A stretch of 64,000 nt of DNA from Cycas panzhihuaensis. Lineage: Eukaryota > Plantae > Cycadophyta. Numbering within the stretch: the stretch's first letter is position 1; every line of letters begins with the position of its first letter. Both the position numbers and the translations under genes were made by a program. Shown piece after piece: positions 13,309-24,500 of this stretch. The stretch is taken from NCBI GenBank assembly GCA_023213395.1, contig CM041465.1:219115741-219179740 (forward strand). Reading direction: 5' to 3'. The notes below the pieces were generated by a model. It made no database searches, had not been told where the DNA came from, and worked only from the letters and a program-made list of their open reading frames with translations.

Positions 13309-16300
13309 TAGAATCACACTATGGGAGGGGTCACTAAACTTGAGTGAGGTCAAGCCAACACTACTAACGGCTTGGATGACTCTGGACCTATAAGGGAAAG
13401 GAAAAAAGATCACCCACAAAAGGCATCCATGCACCAGAACACAGGTTCATGGGCCTACTAATTACCTACAAACTTCTTTCAGGTAACTCCCCCTCGATTT
13501 TGAGCAACGAGTGAAAGAGGGATCTCCTTAGTTTCTTGAGTAACCTAAGAAGGGGCCCTCCCATCCTCGATGGCCAAAGGTAGGAGGGAGAAAATGAGGG
13601 AATAGCTCCTCACATGAAGAAGTAATGAAGGAAATGACCCTTAGCAAAAAGGAGATAAACTCACATGTAAACTTAAGGCGGCTTGCAATGTGAGTAGACA
13701 AGAGAGTGGTTGGTTCTGCAAACCAAGCATCGACCAAAGAATGGGACCTAAGAGGTCTAGCTTATGGAAATAAAGAAAAAAAGGAAACAACAACCTTGAG
13801 ACAAGGTACTCTCAAAGCGTAATACCTAAGGAGGTTCTAGGCATGAAGGGTTGACCAAGGGTATTGTCCTATGTTTTTCTTTCTTTTGTTGTGTAATAGA
13901 GAGAGATAAGGCAGAAATGTAGTGTTTATGTTTAAAAGAAATGGCTTTTAAAAGAAAGAAGGCAATGCACTATTTCTCTCTCTCTCTCTCTTTAGATGCA
14001 ACCTCACTCTCTTTATTCTTTCAAATGTAAAGAAAGAAATCAAGTAGATTGCCAAATAGGTAAAAATCTTATGCAAGGGGTGTAATGCTATTCTGTGATA
14101 TGCAATGAGGTGATAAGAGTATGTGTGGATGAGTGCCTAACCTACCTTTCCTAAGTCTTGGTAGGGACAAAGGCCTATATGAAAGGGGGAAACATGTGGA
14201 GGATATATATGCTAAAGGAAGGGGTAAGCACCTATTGGTGTGGGCCACCTAGATCCTCAACTATATGAGTTGAAATGGGCAGACACGGAATAACAAGCAA
14301 AATGCAAAAAAAACAACACAAATCCTTTCCTTTTTCTTTTGTCTAAGGGTATTCAAAAGGGGGGATAAGGGTAAGAGTAAGAAGGCTAGGGAGAGAGATG
14401 TACCCAGAAATGTGATGGTTGGAGTAGTGCTACCCTCACCACTCTTACAATCCTCACCCTTCTCCTTGTTGTGAATGGCACAATGAAAGGAATGCTAACG
14501 AAGAGAGGGGGCTTCCTTACCTTCCCCCGAAACCAAAGAAAAAAGGAGATGCAGAGAAAGGAAATATAAATACTAGATTAAGTTTACTTTACAATTTTTG
14601 AGTGCAAGAAAAAATAACTGTTGAGTGGAAGAGAAGCGTACCTGGGATGAGGTCCGTGCTTACCCCAAATGTAAGGAAAACTTGCACCAACTAAGCTCGC
14701 CCTTTCCTAAGGGGCACTAAACCCTTGCAGGATAAGTATGTGAAAGGAAGAGTAGCAAAATACATTTAATCTCTACTGAAAGAAATGAATGCAATGCTAA
14801 TGTTGTTCCTTATGTTGCATATATTATTAAATGTCTGATGTGGGAGAAGCAAGGAAGAGAGAAAGGGAGAACGGTTAGCCTCGAAATGGCTACCCTCCAA
14901 ATTTGAAGTGTTCCACATAATCCCCAAGGACCAAGACAAGGGATAAAGAGGGTGAAACAACCAAATAACAAGTGCAAATAAGTTTAAAAAAAAAAGCAAA
15001 AAAAATGGCAAGAGATGTTGCAAATGTTGTCAATGTTACAAAATTTGTAAAGTGTAACTTCTCCAGTTTTTTGTAAGAATTAAATCAAAACATAAGAGGG
15101 ATATGGAGTGGGGCTAAAACCCCAACCATGTAGGATCTTTGGTGTTAGTTGCAAATGTAGCAATGGGCTACCTACGTTACTACCAACAGAGATCTTCTCT
15201 TAAAGAGTCCTTTGGGGAACCAAGGAAGGTATGGAGAAGGAGAGGAGAGGAGAGAAGGGGGATGCCCTTAAAGAGAAGGCGTGTTGGGTGCAGGACCCTG
15301 CCTATGGCTCATTTCACTCTCCATATAACCCTCTTCCTTGCTACCTCCTTGAGGAACCCAAAGAGAACCAAGAGAAGAGTGTGGACGGGCCAAGAAAAAG
15401 GGAGGATTTGCCTCTCATTACAATAGGAAGATAAAAAGTAACTTGCTGCATAAAGTACTAGTAAAAGAGTATCTATGTTGCTTAAAAAAGAAGGGAAACT
15501 ATAGGACTAATTTGAGAGTACTTGGTAAGGGTAGATCTGGAGTAGATATACCTGCCAAACCTAGTGAGAAAGAAGATCCTTTGGGGTTTGCTGGAAGAAA
15601 TCATGGTGGTGCAGAAAATGGAGACAAAACCTTGAGCAACAAGGGAGACTTAGAGCTTGGTGAAGCATTTGAAGCATAATCTTTCCTCAGCTAACCTCAT
15701 TGTAGACCTGCAATCTGTGTGTCCTGAGCTATAAGAGGCTGGGAGCTAGGTGCAATAGAACTTGAGTTTGTTCTAGGGCATTTTTTAGAGAAGAGAGTAA
15801 TGGAAAATGAGTTGAGAGAGAGATAAATGAAGAGAATTTTGGGTTTTTAAACCCAACCCTAGCTCAACGAGCAATTAGGGTTCATCCTAGGCGAGGATCT
15901 CAAGTTACTTCAAATGGTAATTTCACAATAAATGTGAAATTAGCTACGGATAGTTTTAAAAAATGGTTATTGACAGTTGCCCTGTGGTAAACTTAACGGT
16001 ACCGCAAAGTTTATAGACATACCACGAAGTTTACCGCGGTGTAGGAAAAACCAAAGAAAAAAGAGGAGTGGGGAACCCAGAAGCTCCCACAAAGGGGGGG
16101 ATCTTAGACCCTAAGGGACATGCTACAGTATCCAGGTAAGGAGGAGGTATGAGACCTACCAGGGCCATAACAAGTAGGGAAATGATGGTCAACGACTTCT
16201 AAAAGATGATAAAGGGTGCACACAGTGCAATAACCAGGCCTAGGCGAAGTGATAAGGGCTATGTCACACTAATGAGTCATGTGATATGGGCTGCAAAAGC

Positions 16301-16572
16301 CAAAAGGTACTTAGGGATGCCTTGAAGACAATGGAAAAGGAATGTGGAACACCATGGGATGTGTATCCCGAGATTGTCATAGGCTAGAAGATGTGAGATG
16401 CAATATGATCAAGCAACGAATGCATAGTGAACATGATGTCAATCAATTAGAATGTAGTACAAGTAAAGTGCCTTGATTTACCCTTCTTGGAACTGACAAA
16501 AGTAGGGACAGAGGCGTACCTAAAATTACCTAAGTCGAGTTTCCCATGTCCATTCTCGGCAGCTAGGAAACA
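13309..16572 (-). repeat. Element B 3' LTR
   Basis: Plus-strand TAGAATCACA...AGCTAGGAAACA is collinear with 28422-31623. It carries ~70 bp (13999-14068) missing from the other LTR, and a (CT)n tract at ~13975-13991. Confidence 0.95.
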
Positions 16573-16584
16573 CTACCCCCTTGG
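16573..16584 (-). promoter_or_regulatory. Element B polypurine tract (CCAAGGGGGTAG)
   Basis: Abuts the TG start of the 3' LTR on the minus strand. Confidence 0.85.
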
Positions 16585-17065
16585 TAGTAGAGCCTTACCA
16601 CTTAGAAGTGTAACGTGATGGTGAATGTTAGCAAAACAAAAGATTAGTAATATATAACAAGCATAATAGTGTCATTAACCAAGGGTGATGACATGTATCG
16701 TAGGAAGACATATGAAGATGGAGAAGAGTGGGACAACACAGGGGTTGCCTATGCATTACCCTAGAGTCTAATGATAGAGAAGGTGGATGAGGCGGATGCC
16801 CCCATCATATGCATGTAAAATTAATGGTGGTGATAGTCATGAATATGATCAATCATATACTACAAATGAGAGATATGCACATATGAGAGCTAAAGTGATG
16901 AGAGCTCTGTACCAGGGTGGCACGAAGGATAGAGTGAAGAGAACAAACCTGATGATCACTATAGTTTAACCTCATTAGTGGTTAGCTTTCAGAGGTATAA
17001 ATGGATTGTAAGGTGGAGAATAGGATGATCTAGAACCTGGGGACTTGAGTGACTTAATGGGTTCC

Positions 17066-17483
17066 TTAGGGAGGATCGTCAAGGAGAGGGAGATGATGCT
17101 TGAGGATGAGATGGAAGAGGTTATCTGCCTTAGCATTTTGGTCTCAGGAATGTGCTGGATGTCAAAGAAGAAAAATGAGATAAGAGGGACCTATCGATCA
17201 AGGCAAGGGCTCTTAGGCATGGGAAACACACCTAGTAAACCTAGGTGAGATGTGACACGATGACCTAAGAGTCAAGTAAGACGATAGAACCGTGGTGAAA
17301 ATGAAGTGCATCAATAAGGGCTTCAATAACGGTCGTGTACTCAGCTTTGTTATTGGTGGCTTCAGGAAGGAAGACTCTAGAGCATATAAAGTCATATCCA
17401 GAGGGGTCATAGAGGATCCACGTGGTGGCAGAAGGGGCTGGGTTGCCATGACTTCCTCCATCGGTGAAGATGAGCATTGCCAT
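17066..17483 (-). pseudogene. Stand-alone archaeal-type RNase HI (aRH) ORF of element B
   Basis: MAMLIFTDGGSHGNPAPS...ATNNKAEY...LLDS*VIVSHL...FDIQHIP/RDQNAKADNL...ILKHH. All four RNase H acidic catalytic positions (D, E, D, D) are recognisable. Has a few stops and one frameshift. Confidence 0.92.
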
Positions 17484-17772
17484 AGTGAGGAGTTGAGAGT
17501 TCTATTAAGTGATGGAGAAAAAAATGACAATGAGGTCAATAAGCAAAGTAAAGGAACGAGAGGTAGTGGTAAGGCTACAAAGCACTCGGAAGGTTACAAG
17601 TGAGGAGCATGAAGGATGGGAGAGTCCTAAAAAGAGGCTACCCAGGGGCGAGGGGACCGACCTGATGAAGAGGTAGGGAATGGTGGCAGGAAAGGCCCCT
17701 TCTGGGTCCCAAAGGTTGCCAAAAAGGACTGAGGTGAGGTCTGAAGTGGAGGAGGCACTTCCCTTGGGAGCC

Positions 17773-18138
17773 CTAAAGGCTTAAACAAACAGCAAAAATA
17801 GATCTAGGGTGGTGAAATGGGCCAAAGGAGTATAAACATGAGTATGTTTTGGAGTGATGCAAAATTAAATAAAGAAGGGAATTGCAAGAGACTGAAAGAG
17901 TCATCATAAATACACCAAAGAGGCCTAAAAAGGAGGCCATAGAGGCAGAACAAGGGATAGGCCCAGAAGGGAAAAATAATGTGGATGGAAGGATGATTGC
18001 AAGGGCTACTACGACAAAAGAAAAGGAGAAAGTGCCTATTAGGGCCCTCGAGTATATAAAGGAAAACAGGTGAAAATGAAGTTCATTTTCATAGGCCCAC
18101 GATTGATCTAGAGCCCTTTCCCTTATGCAGTAGAGCAC
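17773..18138 (-). CDS. Hypothetical 121-aa hydrophobic ORF upstream of aRH
   Basis: From the ORF track; two hydrophobic stretches; no recognised homology and may be spurious. Confidence 0.25.
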   Translation of the reverse strand: MLYCIRERALDQSWAYENELHFHLFSFIYSRALIGTFSFSFVVVALAIILPSTLFFPSGPIPCSASMASFLGLFGVFMMTLSVSCNSLLYLILHHSKTYSCLYSFGPFHHPRSIFAVCLSL

Positions 18139-18745
18139 CGCCTAATTTCAGAGGCGCACAGCAGAAGATCCAACCATTGGATCAAGAAGCAGAGATAACC
18201 GATGAAACCAGGGCGATGAGATGGAGGTGGTTAGGCTAGATCCAATGAATGGATCACCCCCTACCCATTCCATTTTGTTAGTTAAATTTTATGCCTTTTT
18301 TGAGTTTTTTGAAGTAGTTTTGGCCCCTTAAGAGTAATTTGGGATCCTCTGGAGCCTGATTTGGGCCCAGCGAGGGGGAGGACTAGGGCATTAGGTGGCC
18401 TTGGTCCTAGTGGGCTCAGCTTTGGCTCACTTAGATAAAATTTGGGGATTTTTTGGGCATTTCCCTCCCCTTTTATGGGGTGTAAGGTGGGCCCCGCGAT
18501 AAACATTATGGTGCCACAGAGTTTGCCATGGGGCTGCTAAGATGATGCTAAAACCTTAGTGGGGCCTGTGTCAAACTCTACGGTATCGTAGAGTTTGACA
18601 TGGTGTAGAGGGCCATAAGCAAAAAAAAGAAGAAGGAGGGCCCAAAAAGGTGTCTAGATCAGCCCCAAGAGGGAAAGAGTCAACTTAAGGGTAGCTAAGC
18701 ATGGCATGGAGTGTTCTGACTGACTCTTGGGTGCTTTTTTTGTAG

Positions 18746-19560
18746 GTAGTTATCGCGGTAGACAACTGCAAGAACATAGGCATTACTGTGATGAGCTTTA
18801 TAGAGATGATGTCACAAGGAGATAAATAGATATTGAGATGATGTAGGTTGCTAAAGATCATTAGGACCCCATAGTATGCATCAGACCAATGTCTCCTGGT
18901 GGATATAGTTACCCATTGGGACCGCAGGCGGCACGCCTTCCACCTTCCCCAAGTGGGGGATGTTACTAGCATGCCAAGAGACATTAAGAGGATCCTAGGG
19001 GTACCGACAGGAGGGGTAGCAACATCACTAGGGACATTGCCTAGTATCGATGTTGCGCACATGGAGGCGGCCACATTCTTCACTAGCTAGGGCATGTGGG
19101 CCCAACGAGGGGTATTAATCTAGACAATGGTGATATCACAAATTTCTCGGGTGAGGAAACTCATTATACTGGACATTCTATTCTAGATTTCCCAGAAATA
19201 GAATTATAGGGATATACTAGGTAGATGGATGGATGTTATTTGGAGGTGCGAGGCTAGGGAGAGACTAGATTGGGCCACCCTGATAGCAATGAATATGGTC
19301 GCGTAGCTAGATGCTACGAGGGTGGCAGGGAGAGGAGGATTCTCCTATTGTACTCTATTGTAGTGCTAATTTTTGACCATTTTGGGGTAGTGACACTACT
19401 AAAGGATCTCAACCTATCTAGGCAGGAGTGTCCATGGTGCACAGGTGGCAGACTCAGTTCATGGGGACCGAGGATCAAGCATATGTTAGGCGATCAATGG
19501 AGGTGACATCACTGGACCTTCTCACTTTGGAAGATTATACAACAAATCCATATAGAGGAG
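18746..19560 (+). pseudogene. Plant Mobile Domain (PMD, MAIN/MAIL-like) ORF antisense to pol, element B
   Basis: LLVDIVTHWDRRRHAFHLPQVGDVTSMPRDIKRILGVPTGG matches the PMD motif LVERW...FHLPxGEMTITLEDVxxILGLPxxG. Later DWATLIAMNM and LIFDHF resemble the WG/A-AVLA and WxWEH motifs. An acceptor-like TTTTTTGTAG ends at 18745. Confidence 0.8.
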
Positions 19561-19650
19561 TACACTAGGATATCGACAATGAGGTAGGCGGTCCTAAAGA
19601 TGGAGGTGACTACGATGGAGGAGGTGATAGAGGTGATGGAGTAGGCCCAC

Positions 19651-19770
19651 CATGAGTGACAGGTTTGTCAGGAGTTGCCAGAGGAGAGGCAAGTCCATCA
19701 GGGACTGTAGGAGGTGAGGCGGGTCCATTAGGGATTGCATGAGGTGAGGCAGGTCCTTCAGGATCTTCAA
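19651..19770 (+). repeat. 30-bp in-frame tandem repeat (GEAGPS-like) in the tail of the PMD ORF
   Basis: GAGGWGAGGCRRGTCCWTYAGG... repeats with 30-bp period, 3-4 copies. Confidence 0.75.
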
Positions 19771-20523
19771 GAGAAGGTAGGCCACCCCACACACCAACAC
19801 GAAGATTAAGGGTGGTAGGCAGAGCTTTAACAAAGATAGTGGCAGAGGGGGAAGCAGATGCCCCGACAGGCTAAGAGATAGGTGAGGTGGTACCTAAGGC
19901 TGAGGAGGAGGTACCAACAGCCAAGGGAGGTCCCCTGGAGGATATGGTCATTTGAGTCAAGGAGTTGGATGTCCTAGGAGGTGAGACACTACCTTTTCCT
20001 ATCATCTTTCGACCACTAGGTGCTTAGATGGTTTACTTTGATTTGGTTTTAGGATTTGATATATGGATGTATAGACTAATGTATGGCATGCTTGACTTGG
20101 TAGGAGTAGCAGGGATGGCAAGGTTGGTTGAGGTGATAGTCTGGGAGGTATTTCCTAGGTCTACATGGAGGGGCAACCTCCTATCCAGGCTAGAGAGGAG
20201 CCTCAATCGGTGGGGGAACACACAGTGGCATTCACCCTACTGTTCAGAGCCGGGGATATATGGGTAGCGGAGTCCCAAGAGCACCAGGCAAGGGTAGGAT
20301 AACTACAGGGAGAGATGGATGGGATCTGCATGGAGAGTCACTAGGCAGTCACAAAGAGGGAGATTTTACAAGGCTGGGTCTAGGAGTTAGAGGCTTAGGG
20401 TGGAGGAGCAGTAAGTGGCGACACAGAGAGTTGCATCATAATGGCAGTGCTAGAGGAAATATTTCGAGGAGTAGAGGGGGAGAGGGATTGTATCTAGGTG
20501 TGATATGATCAACTGGTAGAGCA

Positions 20524-20620
20524 GATGGCAGTGAGGTCATTGCAGAGTAGGACTCAAACCCACATGATGGTAGTGAGGTCATTGCAGAGCAAGACTCAGA
20601 CCCACATGATGGCAGTGACC
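20524..20620 (+). repeat. 42-bp tandem repeat, ~2.3 copies
   Basis: GATGGYAGTGAGGTCATTGCAGAGYARGACTCARACCCACAT repeated. Confidence 0.85.
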
Positions 20621-21535
20621 CTAAGGAGACCTCAAGAAAAGGGGAGTAAGGCAGGGAGCTCCCAGTGGCGATGAAGGAGCTTAGGAGGTATGTGGTCTCC
20701 TGGGGAGGGATCACACCAACTGAGAGATGATACCCCCTGAGTGCAGGGGCATCGAGGAATAGGATATGATTTATTTTGATTAGGAAAGCACTGGATCTCC
20801 AGGGAGTCACCATATATTTCTACATGATTGTACTCCTCCCTACAAGGATTCTAGCTTCTCTAAGATGATGTACTTATATCATTTTGTATGATATGATTCA
20901 TTATGTATATAGATGGGGGCCAATTAACACCTCATTTGATCTATGATGATGGTGTTATGACACTTTTATAATGTTGCATTTATTGTTTATATGTTTATAT
21001 ATATATGTGTATGTAGACGCAGGTGCATGGGTGCATGCAGGACTATGCATCATGATGATATTAGTTAATTGTTATTATAGTTTTTTGTTGTTATATCACT
21101 TGGGTGGTGCCTACACTTCCTTTCATACAGGATCATACACGCAGTAGGCACACATGACCACCACATGTGCATGTGATAAACATGTATGAGGCTTGGAAAT
21201 AGAGGGCTATGTATGTCCATAAGAGGAGCATAGTAGATAAACAAAAGAAGTGGCAGCGAAGAGAGTACAAGTACTTAAGCATGCAATCCTAGTTTGGGTA
21301 TGTTTCTGGGCTTGGACGCAGTGGAAACCCACACGTCCAACCAGGAGGAAAGGTTTCCCATAGGAAGGAAACAAAAGATGCCATAGGAGGAACTGTGAAG
21401 ATAGGAAAGGCACCCTAAGTCACCATTCCACCCGTGGTTAGGGGAATAGAGATGCGCTTAGAGTGGTAGTTTAGGCTGAGTTTGGAGTGAGAAAAGAGAA
21501 GCGGCATGGCAAACCTACATAGGGGTAGGGACAGG

Positions 21536-24500
21536 TCACACATAGAATTTCTTTAGGAACTTACCATTGACAGCTTTCTCAAATTCAAGGCCCTCCAAAG
21601 TTGTAATCCTATAGGCATCATTATTAAGGCTTTTGAGATCAATGAGAGGATCAACCCATTTAGGCCCAAATTTGGACAAGCGGTCATGGAGATATTCCAA
21701 CTTAAGGACATGGTCCTCTAGGTGCAAAGAGCAGGGGCAAAGGAATTTGTCATACATCCTTTGTGCCCTAGCTTTAGAGGTGAGATTCACTTAGTAAGTG
21801 ATCAAACATTTCTCATCTAAGGCTTTGAGATTTAGGAGATGGGCCTAACATTAGGACTCCTCGTTAACAAGACCCCGAAGGGAAACTCACAAGGATGGGA
21901 TTTCAACTTCCAATGGGAGGACCGCTTTAGTTCCATACATAAGGGAGAATGGGTTCATCCCCATAGCTATGTAGATGGAAGTATGGTATATCCATAGGGT
22001 AAAAGGAAGTTGAAGATGCCAATCCTTTTGAGATTGGGTGACAGTTTTCTTCAGGATACTTATAAGGGTTTTGTTGAAAGATTATATTTGGCCATTGGCC
22101 TGGGGGTAATAGGGAGAGGAAGTTTTATGAGATATTTTAAACTTCTCATAAAGTTCATCCATCTCTTTATTATAAAAGGGGGTTCTGTTGTCTATGACTA
22201 AGACATTAAGAACCCCAAATTGACAAATGATATGTTAGTAGACGAAGGTAGCTATCATCTTCCTAGGAGTAGAGGATAGGGGGACCGCTTTGGCCCATTT
22301 AGTAAAGTATTATATCATAGTAAAGATGAACTTATGCTATGATTAAGAAGGTAGGGTTATGGCCCTAATGAGGTTTAATCCCCATTGGGAGGAAGGCCAT
22401 GGAGAGATGACATGATGTAAAGCCTTGAAAGGTAAATGGGTGACATTGGCATGCTCTTGACACCAACGATAACGTAGGGAATAAGCATGGACATCCTTAA
22501 ATAGGGACAACCAATAATACCCCATGCAAAGGATCCTTTGGGCCATGGATTAGCCTCCAAAATGACCCCTGCAAACGTTGTTATGACATTCGCGAAGTAT
22601 TTAGCCTGCCTCGTTAAGGTTGATGTAGCGGAGAAGGATCTCATTAAAGGATCTCTTGTACAATACCTCTCTCATGAGGAAATATTGCCTAGTAGTAGCC
22701 TGAATACATGACCTAACCTTGTCTCTCACATCGGGATGATATTGCTACTCAGCAAGGTATCACACAATATCCTTATACCATTTGTTGTTAGTCAGTGGAT
22801 GGGGAGGCAAGTCCTAAATAGATAAAATAGGATTGTTAAGCAAAGAATCATTAATAGGAGTGTCAAAAGGGTTTGGGATAGGGGTGTCAACTAGTTGCTT
22901 GGTAATTGCTATCCCCTCCTTTGATTTCCTATCAATGATTTGGAGATCAAATTCCTAAAGGAGGATAGCCCACTTGCCAACCCTACTTGTTAGGTCAGAT
23001 CGAGTTAGCAAATACCTTAAGGGATCAAATTGGATGATTACTTGAGTAGTGTTTTCGAGCAGATAGTGCCTAAACTTCTTGGTAGCATGCACCAAAGAGA
23101 GGCATTCCTTCTCGGTGGTGGAGTAATTAAGTTCAGTAGCAACCAGGGTGCAGCTGATGAAGTAAATGGCTCTCTCAGTTCCTAAGTCATCCTCTTAGGT
23201 GAGCATAGCACTCAAGGATTCATCAGTGGCCGAGGTATAGAGGATGAAAGGCTTATCAAAGAGAGGGGGAGCTGAGGTCGGGGTGGAATCTAGATCTCTC
23301 TTGAGCTCCTCAAAGGCTTCTTAGGCCTTTGGAGACCAAATAAATGGAGCCCCTTTCTTTAACAGGTTGGTGAGGGGTTTCGTGTTTATAGCAAAGTTCA
23401 CTAAGAAATGCCTAAGAAATTCTAACCTACTCAAGAATGACTTGATTTGTCATTGGGTCTTAGGAGGCAGCATGTCAAGGATGGCCTTGACTTTATCAAG
23501 ATCGATTTGGATTCCTTGTTTCGAAACAAGAAACCCAAGGAGCCTACCAGCTATCACGGTAAACACACATTTAAGAGGGTTTAGGCTTACATGGTATTTG
23601 CGGCATTAGGTGAAGATGGCCCACATATTAGCAGGATGGTAGGCTCTTAGGCATAAGAGACCCATCATGTCATCCATGAAAATCTCAAGAGTATTGTTAA
23701 TAAGGTCATGAAAGATAAATTGCATCATCCTTTGATAGGTGGTACCTGCGTTCTTTAGCCCAAAGGGCATCCCCTTAAGGCAAAAGTTCACCATGGAGTT
23801 ATGAAGGCCATTTTATGACAGTCTTCAGGGGAGATTTAGATTTGGTTGTATCCTGAGAAGTCGTCCATTAAGGACATGACTTCAAACCTAGTAGTTCCAT
23901 CAATAATTTGATCGATGAAGGGGAGAGGAAAGTTATCTTTAGGGCACGCATTGTTGATATCACAAAAGTCAATGCATATCCTAATTGTCCTATACTTTTT
24001 AGCAACATGGACGATATTAGACACCCACTTGGGGTAGTTGATGGAAGTGATTAACCTCACATCTAGTTGTTTCTCAACTTCCATCTTCATGACAACTAAA
24101 AGCTTTTGGTGAAGTGGGCGTTGTTTTTGTCATACAGGGCGAGCACCTAGAATGGTAGTGAGATTGCAGGTGATGATAGAAGGGTCGATTCCCTTTATGT
24201 TAGAGTAGTGCCACGCGAAAATGTCATAGAATTCCTAGAAAAGAAGGGTGTACTCCTTCATTTCATTAGGAGAGCATTCTGCTCCCATGTTTATGACCTT
24301 ACCAGGAGCAAGGATGATGTTCTTGGTTACCCCTATGCACATAGCATTTCGTTCCTTGAAGTGAAGGTGGGCTCAGTCAACATGACAGGTTGAATAAGAA
24401 GGAAATAGGTTTGGGTTAGCTAGAGGTGACCTGATGGCTAAGTTCTTCTGGTGACCAAGCTTATGGTGACTAGGAGGGAGATTAGATGTAAAGCCCACTA

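Noticed and set aside
17292-17603. 103-aa plus-strand ORF and the 108-aa overlapping minus-strand ORF
   Set aside because: These are antisense or alternative frames of the aRH ORF.
18685-19083. 132-aa minus-strand ORF as a gene
   Set aside because: It is the antisense shadow of the PMD frame.
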